Part shown: positions 38,396-49,770 of the stretch, in pieces
Layout: each line of letters begins with the position of its first letter
Numbering within the stretch: position 1 is the stretch's first letter
Origin: Candidatus Poribacteria bacterium
Lineage (GTDB): Bacteria > Poribacteria > WGA-4E > JAJDTR01
Assembly: GCA_965222225.1 (NCBI GenBank)
Contig: CBDCTK010000002.1
Span: 5,056,850 to 5,120,849 of the forward strand
DNA length: 64,000 nucleotides
Direction of reading: 5' to 3'
The notes under the pieces: generated by a model
Told to the model about the DNA's origin: nothing
Database searches by the model: none
The model's input: only the letters and a program-made list of their open reading frames with translations
Translations under genes and position numbers: made by a program

Positions 38396-38896
38396 AATTT
38401 TCTCCAGTTTTTATTTTCTCAAACTTTTAAGAATGGCTGTACGAGAGTATGTATTTCAAGATTTGGCTGCGTTACGTACGTGTTACGGATACGGCATGAT
38501 AGATACGTAGAAGGAAATCGCCCTGTTCCCGCTGATGATGATGACCTAAAAACTGCTTGTTGCCCAAGCCACGGCTAACCTTCCGGTAGAGGATTGCGGT
38601 TTTGCACGCATTGAATTTCCAGTGGTAGATACGTCCTCATTACGGGTTGATTATGTGAACCGAGTCCTGTGTCCAAAGTCCGCACACTTGGGTATATGAT
38701 ATTTCTGCGAGTTTGTGGTGTCAAGCAAAATGTGAGGAGGAGGCGAAACGTCCCCTTCCTCAATGGGGCTGTTCGAGAGCGGCTCAAGTTCGGTGGATGA
38801 TGGCAATTCGCAACCTTCTGAAACTCTTTAGGCACACTCAATCGTTAAATGATAGGGAATCTGTTTTTGTCGCTTAGTAGTGTTGAAATTCAATGC

Positions 38897-38926
38897 TTGA
38901 CGGGTGTTTAAATAGGGCACTATAAT
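38897..38926 (+). promoter_or_regulatory. sigma70-type promoter upstream of htrA
   Basis: TTGACG-18 nt-TATAAT, about 255 nt before ATG 39181. Confidence 0.55.
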
Positions 38927-39180
38927 GGGATTCCTGAAACCTAATCGTGTTTTGTTGGGTGATTTGAACACCAAGGTGAGTTGAGAATCGTACCGGGTAG
39001 AATATTGAAATAAGAGGTCTTTAAACTTTGCCCCTAGCAAATTGCGCAAGCACGCTTCCCAAATCTCGCATCTCCTCACCTCTTAAAACGGACCATCATT
39101 GCAGTAGCCGCATAAGTTCAAATCTATTTGCAATTGCCCCCAAATACTTCCTATTTAGCCACCAATTGTAGAGGAAGACC

Positions 39181-40590
39181 ATGATGAAGAAAAGCGCCAC
39201 TATGTGCTCAGTATTCACTCTACTCACTCTAAGTATCCTCGTGTCGACCTGTAACACGTCGGTTCAGTCTACGAGTCCGAGCCGCTCTCTAACAGCTCGG
39301 ACGGATATCCAACTCTTGGAGTCCATTCAAAACGCGTTTGCCAATATCTACGATCAAAGTAAACTGGCTGTTGTTAGTGTTTCGGCAAGGAACGTGAGGC
39401 GAAAAGCCGGTCATGGCTTGGAGGGAGTCCAGCATTTTCCCGAACTGGGGGGAGCGGGGATTATCTTTCGTTCGGACGGCTACATCGTAACAAACGACCA
39501 CGTCGTGAATGGTGCGGAGACGATACGTGTTCGTCCGTTCAATCGTCGATGGTACGATGCCGAGCTGATCGGAGAAGATGCAAGCACAGATATTGCTGTG
39601 CTGAAGATTGACGTAGGAGAAGAGTTGCCAAAACTTTCCTTCGCCGACTCCGATGAGGTTCGAGTCGGGCAGTTTGCCATTGCCATTGGTAACCCCTTCA
39701 GTCTTGACTACACTATTACAACCGGAATCGTGAGTGGAATAGGACGCGCTTTGCCACTGGGAGATAACATAATTCGCTATCAAGATTTCATTCAGACGGA
39801 TGCATGGCTTAGTAAGGGGAACAGCGGAGGTCCCCTGTTGAATATTTACGGCGAAGTTATCGGGTTAAACTCGGTCATCCGCAAAACGGACGACGCGATT
39901 GCTACTGACGTAGTCAAAGCGGGTGCCAGTTTTGCTATCCCTATCAATTTGGTCAAGAGGATTTGTGAGCAGCTAGTTAACAACCGAAAGGTCACACGTG
40001 GTTGGCTCGGGATACGCATGAGAAAAGTGCAGGACGGGATTCGTGTTGGGGGAGTAGTGCCATCCTCGCCAGCCCAACGCGGCGGACTACAGCGGGGTGA
40101 CATTATCACAAGATATAAGGGAAAAGAAGTGAACGACCTCCGCCAACTCCAGTTCCAGATAGCGGAATCGCTAGTGGGTGAGAAAGCCAAGATTACGGTT
40201 CTCCGGCACGGTCAGAAGAAAACGCTTGAGGTTGCAATTGGAGAAATTCCACCGCGGCTTGTGGAAAGATGGGTTGCCCCAACGTCAGAATCGTGGAAAA
40301 TCCTAGGCATTGTTACCCGAGAATTGGGGGCAAGCGATTTTGAAAATTACACTTTTCTTAAACCTGGTGACCAAGGCGTCATGGTTAAAGCCATCAAATC
40401 GGGTGCACCGGCGGAGAACGCCGGGATTTTGCGCGGCACCTTAATTGTTGCGATTAACGGCAAGGAAGTTGAGAGCGTGGAGCAATTCGACGAACTGCTG
40501 CACTCGGCGCTGAATGAACCCGAGATTATCCTTGAAATCACGCATGGCGAGGGTAAGAAGGTTATCAGTGTCAAACCCATCCAAGAGTGA
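39181..40590 (+). CDS. htrA: HtrA/DegP-like serine protease with two PDZ domains
   Basis: TNDHVV, DIAVLKI and GNSGGPL triad; RGWLGI PDZ1; second PDZ. Confidence 0.9.
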   Translation: MMKKSATMCSVFTLLTLSILVSTCNTSVQSTSPSRSLTARTDIQLLESIQNAFANIYDQSKLAVVSVSARNVRRKAGHGLEGVQHFPELGGAGIIFRSDGYIVTNDHVVNGAETIRVRPFNRRWYDAELIGEDASTDIAVLKIDVGEELPKLSFADSDEVRVGQFAIAIGNPFSLDYTITTGIVSGIGRALPLGDNIIRYQDFIQTDAWLSKGNSGGPLLNIYGEVIGLNSVIRKTDDAIATDVVKAGASFAIPINLVKRICEQLVNNRKVTRGWLGIRMRKVQDGIRVGGVVPSSPAQRGGLQRGDIITRYKGKEVNDLRQLQFQIAESLVGEKAKITVLRHGQKKTLEVAIGEIPPRLVERWVAPTSESWKILGIVTRELGASDFENYTFLKPGDQGVMVKAIKSGAPAENAGILRGTLIVAINGKEVESVEQFDELLHSALNEPEIILEITHGEGKKVISVKPIQE

Positions 40591-40693
40591 GCAAGTGGCG
40601 CATTAATCTGTTCATCTCTACAATCTCCATGCGGTACATAATTGTGGCGTAACGCCTCTGGTTTCTTGGATATCCTAGCACAATCTAAATGTC

Positions 40694-42673
40694 ATGAATG
40701 AACGCCTGTCAAATTTGAATCACATTTTTGGACCGGAGGGATTCATCGCTCAAGGTCTTACTGGGTATGAGTTCCGTCCTCAACAACTCGAAATGGCGAA
40801 CGCCGTCGCTGATGCGTTTCAGGCGAATGAACACCTCATTGTAGAGGCAGGAACCGGGGTAGGCAAGACCTTTGCGTACCTTATACCCGCGATAGACCTT
40901 GCACTCAGCACGGGCGAAACGGTTGTTATCTCAACAAACACCATCAGTTTGCAGGAGCAACTAATAAGAAAAGACATCCCTTTTCTTCAAAAAGTCCTGC
41001 CTTATTCTTTTTCTGCCGTGCTCGCCAAGGGCCGTAGTAACTACCTTTCGCGCCGCCGACTTAACAGTTTGCTAACTTATGAGAGAGGGTTGTTTGATAC
41101 AAAGGAAGAAGTCGCAGAACTAGCGGGGATTGTTGAATGGGTGGCAAGCACCGACGATGGGAGCAGAGCCGATCTCGAAAAGCAACCAAGGCCCGACATC
41201 TGGGATCAGGTTGTATCAGACCGCGACAACTGTTTGAGATCGAAATGTCCGACATATAACTCGTGCTTTTATTTCAAGGCGCGAAGACAGATGCAGGAAG
41301 CAAACCTGCTTGTCGTGAATCATCACTTGCTGTTCAGCGATCTAGCGATTCGGCAATCTGCTGACGTACAGTCCGCGGTTCTGCCAGACTATCAGTATCT
41401 GATACTTGACGAGGCACACCACCTTGAAGCCATTGCGGGCAAGCACGCAACCGTTGAACTTACCAATTCCCGAGTTAAACGGTTCTTGGACTCACTTGAT
41501 AAACCGAACGGTAAGAGTGGACTTTCTGTCCGTTATACTGCGTCGCATCTGAAAGAGCCTGTTGAAGACGCGCGTAATCAAGCAAATAAACTTTTCGCTG
41601 CGATTACCGATTGGTTGGAAACGCAAGGAAGCCAGAAGTGGGGAGGAAGCATCGCACAACGAATTGACTGTGAGAACTTCGTTGAAAACGTGCTGGATGC
41701 GCCTCTTGCAACCCTTCGGACGGAGTTAAAACAGTTGAGGGAAACGGCGCAGACGGATGACGATGAAGAGGAGATTGCCTCACACCTGCGCCGATGCAGT
41801 CAACTTCGTGAAGATCTGGACCTCATGATTAACCATAGCGATCCGGATTCTGTGTATTGGATTGAAACGGTGAACCGGGGGCGATTCTCCCGTATGACCT
41901 TAAATGCGACGCCGGTGAATGTAAGCGAGACGGTGAATGAGTATCTGTTCGGCAACATGAACAGCGTAATCCTGACGAGCGCTACGTTGGCAACGAATCA
42001 GAATTTTGACTTTTTCAAGAAACGTCTTGGTCTGTCGGAGTGTCGCGAATTGATTGCCGGATCGCCGTTCGACTACGGAAAACAGGTTGAGATCCATATT
42101 CCCTCGAAGATGCCGGATCCGCGAAGATCTATGGAGTTTACTCAATCCATTATCGCCCAAGTTAAACGCTACCTCAAGATGACACACGGAAAGGCGTTTG
42201 TGTTATTCACAAGCTACCGGATGATGGATGAGGTCTACGAAGTTGTATCGGATTATCTGAATGGGCTAGGTATCGTCTCGTTTAAGCAGGGCGGAGAACT
42301 CTCGCGAAGCCAAATGTTGGAGGCTTTCAAGCTGGACACAGACTCAGTTTTATTCGGGACTTCAAGTTTTTGGGAGGGAGTAGATGTTCAGGGTGAATCG
42401 CTCAGCAATGTGATAATTACAAAACTACCGTTTGAAGTCCCAACACACCCCGTGATGGAAGCGAAGATTAAGCAGGTTGAGGAGCAGGGTGGCAATTCTT
42501 TCATGGAATTTAGCTTGCCCGAAGCAATTCTCAGACTCAAACAAGGATTTGGTCGTCTCATCAGAACCAAGACTGATACGGGGATGGTTGTTATTCTTGA
42601 TCCGCGCGTGACAACCAAGCTCTACGGCAAACAATTCTTGAATTCCTTGCCACCATGCACAATCATCAGATGA
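40694..42673 (+). CDS. dinG: DinG/YoaA-family ATP-dependent DNA helicase
   Basis: R.QQ, EAGTGVGKT, DEAHH, TSATL, FWEGVDV.G, KLPF, KQGFGRLIR. Confidence 0.9.
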   Translation: MNERLSNLNHIFGPEGFIAQGLTGYEFRPQQLEMANAVADAFQANEHLIVEAGTGVGKTFAYLIPAIDLALSTGETVVISTNTISLQEQLIRKDIPFLQKVLPYSFSAVLAKGRSNYLSRRRLNSLLTYERGLFDTKEEVAELAGIVEWVASTDDGSRADLEKQPRPDIWDQVVSDRDNCLRSKCPTYNSCFYFKARRQMQEANLLVVNHHLLFSDLAIRQSADVQSAVLPDYQYLILDEAHHLEAIAGKHATVELTNSRVKRFLDSLDKPNGKSGLSVRYTASHLKEPVEDARNQANKLFAAITDWLETQGSQKWGGSIAQRIDCENFVENVLDAPLATLRTELKQLRETAQTDDDEEEIASHLRRCSQLREDLDLMINHSDPDSVYWIETVNRGRFSRMTLNATPVNVSETVNEYLFGNMNSVILTSATLATNQNFDFFKKRLGLSECRELIAGSPFDYGKQVEIHIPSKMPDPRRSMEFTQSIIAQVKRYLKMTHGKAFVLFTSYRMMDEVYEVVSDYLNGLGIVSFKQGGELSRSQMLEAFKLDTDSVLFGTSSFWEGVDVQGESLSNVIITKLPFEVPTHPVMEAKIKQVEEQGGNSFMEFSLPEAILRLKQGFGRLIRTKTDTGMVVILDPRVTTKLYGKQFLNSLPPCTIIR

Positions 42674-42734
42674 AGTTTGCGAACACCCGAGAGTATAACA
42701 ATAATTGTTCTCAATCTCCTAAATCTTGCGGAGA

Positions 42735-43502
42735 TTAATACTTGATTGGTGTAGGCTGAGCGTGACGAATTGATTCGCTATGCGTGAAAGGAAAGTTAAA
42801 TTCGATTGTTTGAAACCGTTTCGTCGTGTTTGGCGGCGGCGCTTTTTCAATTGGTAGCATCACGGTCATCTCTCTAGCGTTGAGTTTGGTCTGATAGAAC
42901 GGCAGGAATCCTTCTATACTTTCCCCTGCCGGTATCCCGTCATCCAATCGTCCAATCTGTTTTTCGAGAAGAATCCTTCGTGCGACTGCCAATCCGTTTT
43001 TGACAGGGATGCCCGCGACACGACTCATAAGTCCGAATCGTTCCACCAAGTCGTCATAATCCAACGCGCCATACCAATTTTCTCCCTGATCCTCAATCTT
43101 ACATTTTCTGACATCAAATAGGATTTTCTGAGGTCGGTTATTCGTAATCTTAACGTAGAAAACGTCCGTTTTCTCACCCTGGTGGAGCGCCTCGGATGCG
43201 TAAAATGGGGATACGGTGTTTCCACGGTGATACTTGCGGTTCAAGGCGTGGTGACGCCAGTAGCAGATTGCAACTTCGATATCATCCTTCGTCATGATGA
43301 GTACCGGTGACTTTGCCGTGATTTCAAATTGTTCCGGATTGCTCTCGTCTAGTACGGTGTTTTCATCAAGTCTATCGGACGGTTGAATCGGCGGCAGGGT
43401 TTTCAGTGGTATGCCACTTGCGCAACCCATAGTCAATAACAGTAATATGAATAATCCAGCGAAACTCGGCCAGACAAAGCTGTTTAGTCCCTTCATTGGC
43501 AT
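42735..43502 (-). CDS. hypothetical lipoprotein
   Basis: Hydrophobic signal followed by lipobox-like TMGC. Confidence 0.65.
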   Translation of the reverse strand: MPMKGLNSFVWPSFAGLFILLLLTMGCASGIPLKTLPPIQPSDRLDENTVLDESNPEQFEITAKSPVLIMTKDDIEVAICYWRHHALNRKYHRGNTVSPFYASEALHQGEKTDVFYVKITNNRPQKILFDVRKCKIEDQGENWYGALDYDDLVERFGLMSRVAGIPVKNGLAVARRILLEKQIGRLDDGIPAGESIEGFLPFYQTKLNAREMTVMLPIEKAPPPNTTKRFQTIEFNFPFTHSESIRHAQPTPIKY

Positions 43503-43745
43503 GTTGCCTCCTTGTTTGTTGATTTCATGTATGACCTATCGTACTAGCGTCAAGAAATCTGAATCGCTAGTATAGCAAAACCCCACTTTTTATTCCACAA
43601 AATTCTTAGACCGTGCTAGGACACTCAAAAAGGGCGTGGCGACTACCGACCTGCTATGACAAGTGGTATTACATTGGGAAATCCGCTTGCATATTTAGTC
43701 CGACGCGTATTCCCGATTATGGGGATACCGCGTTATAATCTGTCC

Positions 43746-43925
43746 TCAACGCTTCTCAAGAAGGCGTCCGATGAAGAAGATAAGAATCCCTACCACCAAT
43801 GATCCCATCTCGACTCCCATTGACTTGCCCTCGCTCAAACCGTAGGGGTTGACGCATCCTAAATACAGCCCGGCTCCAAGAAGAACTATCCCCATGAGTT
43901 CTAAAACCTTGCCGACAAAAAACAC
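43746..43925 (-). CDS. 59-aa two-TM small protein (missed by the ORF track)
   Basis: RBS GAGGA, GTG start; MFFVGKVLELMGIVLLGAGLYLGCVNPYGLSEGKSMGVEMGSLVVGILIFFIGRLLEKR*. Confidence 0.6.
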   Translation of the reverse strand: MFFVGKVLELMGIVLLGAGLYLGCVNPYGLSEGKSMGVEMGSLVVGILIFFIGRLLEKR

Positions 43926-43942
43926 AAAGCGTCTTCCTCAAA

Positions 43943-44665
43943 TCAATAATAGAAACTCTTGATACGTCCCCACTGAAGGACCTTCTGGTTCAAATTTGGT
44001 TTTAATTTGGCGGTAAATACGAGATCCGGTAAAGACAGATTGTCATCGGTATACCCCGGCGGGCCCCAGCTAATCCGGTGTTCCAGACGCCCATTATCTA
44101 CGTCGTTATAGTAAATCCAAAATCCAACCGTATTTCCTTTTTCTGCGATATCCCCTAGGTTAAACATCAATTCGCAGGATCGCCCATCGTCTCCCCAAGC
44201 AACTGCTCTAAGAGGCGGTACAAAAGATTGGTGTTCGTCCTCGCCCACAGGTAAATCGTAACGGTACAACTCGCTCTTATGCCCGCTATGGTCGGGATCA
44301 AGATAAACCACTAGATGGTCTTTTTCGGAAAGTTTGGCGCCATGATTCTCCACATGGTCGTCGCTCAATTGAACAGCAATATAAAGGAAACCGCTCCGCC
44401 ACACCCCGGCAAACCAGCCCGTGAAGTCACTTGATTCTTGCCATTGCTGGTCGTAAACGACTTCTTGGTCCATTTTTCCGGGTATTCCGGTCTCATGCCA
44501 AGGCGTGTCGTTGAGAACACCGTCAATCACCGGAGAAACTTCTACCAACTCTGCGTTATATCGGAAATTCAAGCCACTTTCCGGATTTATGATATGGGCA
44601 AAGCTGGCAGAGGCGGCAACTAGCAGAATTATAACGGAAGTAGAAATCAAGTTTCCCAGTTTCAT
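43943..44665 (-). CDS. secreted CBM9/DOMON-like sugar-binding protein with 'WGRIK' C-terminal motif
   Basis: RBS GGAGGAGG; signal peptide; PVIDGVLND..W, LYIAVQLSDD, VYLDPD, IYYNDVD; ends KVLQWGRIKSFYY. Confidence 0.7.
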   Translation of the reverse strand: MKLGNLISTSVIILLVAASASFAHIINPESGLNFRYNAELVEVSPVIDGVLNDTPWHETGIPGKMDQEVVYDQQWQESSDFTGWFAGVWRSGFLYIAVQLSDDHVENHGAKLSEKDHLVVYLDPDHSGHKSELYRYDLPVGEDEHQSFVPPLRAVAWGDDGRSCELMFNLGDIAEKGNTVGFWIYYNDVDNGRLEHRISWGPPGYTDDNLSLPDLVFTAKLKPNLNQKVLQWGRIKSFYY

Positions 44666-44888
44666 GCCTCCTCCTTCCCCTTTCTTAAAAGGTTTTCTCA
44701 AAAGAAGAACAATTCCAATTGCCAACCCCAATATTTCTGTAGTATACTGTGAGGGCTGCGGAGTGTCAAGTGAAAACTGTGCGAGCGCCAACCGGGAGAA
44801 TTCACAGATTTCGAAATACACTGTTTAAGTGCCACGCCAACTAACATAACATAGTGTGACATAGGCGACAGATAGGCAGAATTTCCCT

Positions 44889-44917
44889 TTGATATTTGGC
44901 AACACATTTGTTATACT
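44889..44917 (+). promoter_or_regulatory. promoter of the ftsH operon
   Basis: TTGATA-17 nt-TATACT with extended TG. Confidence 0.55.
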
Positions 44918-45092
44918 TTTCTTCCTGAACCGGTGCTAGTTCCGACTTCTTTTCGACGGTTACTTCCACTAAAACTAGAGATATTAGAGCTAATCGGTTC
45001 ATAACGTCGTTAATCCGCTTGAAGTGGCATAGCCGTACGGTTGGTATGGGTGTGGTAATTCTTACATTTTTGAAACAGAGGGGCAGGTAGGA

Positions 45093-47018
45093 GTGAATAA
45101 GAACGCAAAAAGTACCTTGGTTTGGGTGGTGATGGCGTCAATCTTTGTTCTAGCGCTGTCCCAAGTAATCATCCGCAAAGATCGAGTCCATGAACTTAAG
45201 ACATCGAATTTCTACCAACTGGTGGAGGATCGTAGGCAATCGGCAGAAGAAAGCGGAAGATTAGGCCCAAAGGATGACGGCTTGTTTCAAGATGAGGTTA
45301 TCATCAAGAAGGAGTGGATTCAGGGTACGTTTCGCGACCCGCGGTTCGTTCAAGACGAGTTGCTAAAATTGGGTGAGATGGTCGAGATTGAGGATTGGCA
45401 GGGACAGTTTAAAACGAGTCGAGATCAGTTTTCCGAATTTCCGCTTCAGGAAAAACTCATGGCTGCGCAAGTCCCCTTTAATGTTGATCAGGCATCAAGT
45501 GTTCCTCAATGGTTGCTCATCTTTGGAACAACCGTGCTGCCAATCCTGTTGTTTGTTGGTATCATGATTTTTTTCATGAGGCAAGTGCAGGGCACCGGCA
45601 ATCGGGCGTTATCATTCGGAAAGAGCCGTGCGCGACTCCATTCCGAAGACCAAGCCAAGATTACCTTTGCCGATGTTGCGGGAGTTGATGAGGCGAAAGA
45701 AGCGCTTCAAGAAGTGATTGAATTTCTCAGGGACCCCAAGAAATTTCAACGCCTCGGCGGTCGCATTCCCAAAGGCGTTCTTCTCATGGGACCACCGGGC
45801 ACCGGCAAGACGATGTTGGCGCGCGCAGTGGCGGGCGAGGCAAACGTACCTTTTTATAGCATCAGCGGATCAGATTTTGTTGAGATGTTTGTTGGTGTTG
45901 GAGCATCTCGCGTTCGAGACCTATTTGAAACGGGCAAGAAGAATGCGCCCTGCATTATATTCATTGATGAACTTGACGCTGTTGGACGACATCGTGGCGC
46001 GGGAATTGGCGGAGGGCACGACGAGCGGGAACAGACGTTAAACCAGCTCCTTGTTGAAATGCAAGGCTTCGATACCCAGGAAGGCGTCATACTTATTGCC
46101 GCAACGAATCGCCCGGATGTCTTGGATCCAGCCTTGCTGAGACCGGGACGGTTCGATCGCCAGATTGTCGTGGATTTGCCTGATGTGGGCGGACGAGAGT
46201 CTATCCTTAAAGTCCATACCAAAGACCCCTACAAACTTGCCGAAGATGTGGACTTGAACGTACTCGCAAAGGCAACCCCCGGTTTTTCCGGTGCAGATAT
46301 TGAAAACATGGCAAATGAGGCTGCGTTGTTCGCGGCGAAGCTGGACAAAGATCACATTGATATGGACTGCTTTGATGATGCCAAAGATCGGGTAATGATG
46401 GGACCCGAGCGGCGGAGTTTGGTTGTCAGCGAGGAGGAAAGACGGGTTGTCGCCTACCATGAAGCCGGACACGCGTTGATGCTGCATTTTGTGCCTGAGA
46501 GCGATCCCAACTATAAGTGTACGATTGTTCCCCGCGGACGTGCGCTCGGAGTCACGGCAAAGTTGCCTCTGGAAGAACGTCATAATTTGAGCAAGAAACA
46601 TATCCTTACCCATATTCTATTCGCGCTTGGTGGGCGCGTCGCTGAGGAATTAATCTTTGGTGAACAAACAACCGGCGCGCAAAACGATTTCGAGCAGGCA
46701 ACGGCGATGGCACGCCGAATGGTTACCCAATGGGGAATGAGCGAGATGGGACCATTGACTTTCGGACGCCGCGATGAACAGATTTTTCTCGGCAAAGAAC
46801 TAGCTCATCATAAAGATTATAGCGAAAAAACGGCGATTGAAATTGATCAGGCGGTACACCGGATTATTATGGAATGTTATGAGAAAGCCAGACATCTTCT
46901 TGAGACCAATCTTGATGGGCTAAAATCGCTTGCCGATGCACTGCTTGACAGGGAAACACTTGTCGGGAAAGAAATTGAAGACATCCTCGGACCGAGGCCG
47001 CCTGTTCCCATAACTTGA
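45093..47018 (+). CDS. ftsH: ATP-dependent zinc metalloprotease FtsH
   Basis: Two TM; GPPGTGKT; FIDELDAVG; RPGRFDR; HEAGH. Confidence 0.97.
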   Translation: MNKNAKSTLVWVVMASIFVLALSQVIIRKDRVHELKTSNFYQLVEDRRQSAEESGRLGPKDDGLFQDEVIIKKEWIQGTFRDPRFVQDELLKLGEMVEIEDWQGQFKTSRDQFSEFPLQEKLMAAQVPFNVDQASSVPQWLLIFGTTVLPILLFVGIMIFFMRQVQGTGNRALSFGKSRARLHSEDQAKITFADVAGVDEAKEALQEVIEFLRDPKKFQRLGGRIPKGVLLMGPPGTGKTMLARAVAGEANVPFYSISGSDFVEMFVGVGASRVRDLFETGKKNAPCIIFIDELDAVGRHRGAGIGGGHDEREQTLNQLLVEMQGFDTQEGVILIAATNRPDVLDPALLRPGRFDRQIVVDLPDVGGRESILKVHTKDPYKLAEDVDLNVLAKATPGFSGADIENMANEAALFAAKLDKDHIDMDCFDDAKDRVMMGPERRSLVVSEEERRVVAYHEAGHALMLHFVPESDPNYKCTIVPRGRALGVTAKLPLEERHNLSKKHILTHILFALGGRVAEELIFGEQTTGAQNDFEQATAMARRMVTQWGMSEMGPLTFGRRDEQIFLGKELAHHKDYSEKTAIEIDQAVHRIIMECYEKARHLLETNLDGLKSLADALLDRETLVGKEIEDILGPRPPVPIT

Positions 47019-47842
47019 TGAACTGCCGTGGGAAACAACTCAGTTTCGGACCGCGTACCCTCATCATGGGCATCTTGAATGTGACGCCCGATTCATTTTC
47101 CGATGGTGGAAGCTATCTTGATGTCGCCGCGGCGATCAGCCATGCCAAGGAGATGGTAGAGGACGGAGCAGATATCATTGACATTGGCGGCGAATCTTCT
47201 CGGCCGGGGGCGTCACCCGCTTCGACGGAGGAAGAATTGGCGAGAGTTCTGCCTGTGGTTGAGGGACTTGTTGATGAAATCTCTGTGCATGTATCAATCG
47301 ACACGTGCAAATCGGATGTTGCTCGCCGGTCGCTTGAAGCTGGGGCTCATATCGTCAATGACATTACGGCGCTCCAAGGAGATGCCGAGATGGCGAAGGT
47401 TGTTGTAGAGATGAATGCCGGGGTAATCCTGATGCACATGAGTGGAACCCCCCGGACGATGCAACACTCGCCGGTCTACAATGATGTCGTGTCAGAAGTC
47501 TCTTCTTGGCTTCAGCGTCGCATTGAGGAAGCGGAAACAGGAGGCATTCCCCCCGATCGCATTGTTATAGACCCCGGCATTGGATTTGGCAAAACTGTTG
47601 ACCATAACTTGGAGATTTTGCGCAGGCTTGACGAATTTCGTCACTTGAACAAGCCTATACTTATCGGTACGTCTAGAAAGTCCTTTATTGGAAAAATCCT
47701 TGACCTCCCGGTAAACAATCGAATAGAAGGAACCGCTGCTACTATAACGTGGGCAATCGCTCACGGAGCGGACATGGTCCGTGTCCACGATGTGAAGACA
47801 ATGCGTCGAGTTGCGCGAATGACAGATGCACTTTACCGCTAG
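47015..47842 (+). CDS. folP: dihydropteroate synthase
   Basis: [43 protein letters not shown]; canonical ftsH-folP order. Confidence 0.97.
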   Translation: MMNCRGKQLSFGPRTLIMGILNVTPDSFSDGGSYLDVAAAISHAKEMVEDGADIIDIGGESSRPGASPASTEEELARVLPVVEGLVDEISVHVSIDTCKSDVARRSLEAGAHIVNDITALQGDAEMAKVVVEMNAGVILMHMSGTPRTMQHSPVYNDVVSEVSSWLQRRIEEAETGGIPPDRIVIDPGIGFGKTVDHNLEILRRLDEFRHLNKPILIGTSRKSFIGKILDLPVNNRIEGTAATITWAIAHGADMVRVHDVKTMRRVARMTDALYR

Positions 47843-47908
47843 ATTAACCTTTCCCGCCTAAACATCACCAATCCCGAGATTAATTTCTATTGAGAATGCC
47901 TCCAATCA

Positions 47909-49045
47909 ATGCCAATTCGCTGGAGAAATCTATCTGAAATGAAAATTTTACAAGTCGCATATTGCGCCTTAATCTTTGCCACCCTAACGCATTTGGTTTC
48001 AGCCCAGCAGGCCGAGGTTACTGCCCCTGCAACCGTGGATATCTTTCTCAAGCAACTGGCACGCGCCGAACATCAGGGAATGGAAGGCAGTTTTGTCGGA
48101 TCGAATATAGGGGCACATGCGCTGAACGGTAATCCTGCAGGACTCAGCCTCATTCACGACGGTCGCTTTGCTCTTTACACCGCTCGATTTCCCCGAACTA
48201 TTGCCGTGGTGTCCCATCTGAATGAAACAGAGCGGTATGAAGATTATAGCGAATATGACCTCTATGGGTCGGGAGTTGAGCTCCTGAATTACGCCGTACC
48301 GATAGGATCCTTCGGCATAATCGGTGTCGATTTTGCCCGTGGACACGACGGACAGTTTAGTCGTGTTGATTATCTTGGGAAAGCGACTAACAATTTTCCC
48401 CAAAGCGACTGGGCGCTTGGTGTTGGATACAGCAGGGAACTTTTTGCCGGTCTAGCGGTTGGTGTGGACGCCAAATGGCTGCGTTCCAAAATTCAGTTGC
48501 CCGAGAACGAAGAACATGCTGGACACGGTTACGCTTACAATCTCGGACTGAGCCAAAAAATTGGCGAACACCTTCGAATTGACGCCGTAGTCAGAAATCT
48601 CAGTAACGGGTTGTCGTTTTCGGACGGTTCTATCCCCAATCAAATTGAACAAGATGTTCTTGTCGGAGGCGTCTACCACCAGCGCCATAAAGAATTGGAT
48701 CTGAAGTTCAGCCTTGATGTGAATCCTCCTTTCAAAAATGGTGTGCGAGCAAGCCTTGGTGGGGAAATCTGGTATCTCGGATGGATTGGTTGTAGAATTG
48801 GTTATTTTCGGCACACGGAGCACAGATGGCATCCGGTTCAGATTATTCGTACCGAAACGCTTCAAATGGAAGAAAGAATCTGGAAAACCGAGGGACCAAC
48901 ATTTGGTATCGGTTATAATCTAGGGCGGTTTCGCATAAGTGGGACATATACGCCTCAAGCAAAACCAACCGAAAAGGAAGGCGAGAGAATCCGTGTAGAT
49001 CAAGGAGGGGTTGTCTACTATTTTTCGGTTGGACAAGGCTCTTGA
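47909..49045 (+). CDS. PorV/PorQ-like (UPF0164) outer-membrane beta-barrel protein
   Basis: Signal peptide; NPAGL motif; alternating beta-strands; aromatic-rich final strand. Confidence 0.6.
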   Translation: MPIRWRNLSEMKILQVAYCALIFATLTHLVSAQQAEVTAPATVDIFLKQLARAEHQGMEGSFVGSNIGAHALNGNPAGLSLIHDGRFALYTARFPRTIAVVSHLNETERYEDYSEYDLYGSGVELLNYAVPIGSFGIIGVDFARGHDGQFSRVDYLGKATNNFPQSDWALGVGYSRELFAGLAVGVDAKWLRSKIQLPENEEHAGHGYAYNLGLSQKIGEHLRIDAVVRNLSNGLSFSDGSIPNQIEQDVLVGGVYHQRHKELDLKFSLDVNPPFKNGVRASLGGEIWYLGWIGCRIGYFRHTEHRWHPVQIIRTETLQMEERIWKTEGPTFGIGYNLGRFRISGTYTPQAKPTEKEGERIRVDQGGVVYYFSVGQGS

Positions 49046-49146
49046 TGAAGGATATATCAGGCTTTGTGGAGGAAAGACCAGAATATTGGAAGATAAATTA
49101 GCGAGGTCGGCGACTGAGTAGCTTTGGAGAACCTCCTTAACGATGT

Positions 49147-49761
49147 ATGTCCGATCAATACAAGACGGTTGTTGGCATTGCTGAGTCAAAACTCGAAGTC
49201 AAAAAATCCCGATTCATCGGTTTGGCAACAGCGCTCCAAAGCCAAGACGCCATAAGGGAATTCCTGAACCTCGTCCGGCAAAAATATCCGAATGCCTCAC
49301 ACACCTGTTATGCCTATAAATTTGCAACAGGGAGCGAGGTTAGGGAATATGCGACCGACGTGGGGGAACCCACTCACTCGGCAGGCCCTCCAATACTATC
49401 AGCCATCAAAGCCGCCGAGTTGTCAAATGTAATGTGTGTAATCGTACGTTATTATGGCGGGATTAATCTGGGGGTGGGAGGACTCATCCGCGCTTATGGA
49501 GGTTGCGCTCGGAGTTGCTTGGCGAATGCCAAGATTGAAACACGAATCCTATACCAGACGCTGCGGCTACACGTGTTTCACGATCAAATTGGACCGGTTC
49601 TAAACCTGTGTCGTCGACTCAGGGGAAATGTCTTGAATGTTGAATATGATGAGAATGCTATTGTTTATTTACAGATCCGCCAACGGGAATTGGACACATT
49701 GAAAGCGAATCTTCAGCGAATGGCTGCAACAATTGAGGTAAGCAGTATTGCCACAACCTGA
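49147..49761 (+). CDS. yigZ: YigZ/IMPACT family protein
   Basis: KKSRFIG, ASHTCYAY, D.GEP..SAG.PIL, VRYYGGI.LG.GGLIRAY. Confidence 0.9.
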   Translation: MSDQYKTVVGIAESKLEVKKSRFIGLATALQSQDAIREFLNLVRQKYPNASHTCYAYKFATGSEVREYATDVGEPTHSAGPPILSAIKAAELSNVMCVIVRYYGGINLGVGGLIRAYGGCARSCLANAKIETRILYQTLRLHVFHDQIGPVLNLCRRLRGNVLNVEYDENAIVYLQIRQRELDTLKANLQRMAATIEVSSIATT

Positions 49762-49770
49762 AATGTAGAC

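Noticed and set aside
38433-38700. Coding-like + strand stretch (MAVREYVFQD...*...*KLLVAQATANL...)
   Set aside because: Two internal stops and no recognisable family; it cannot be assigned.
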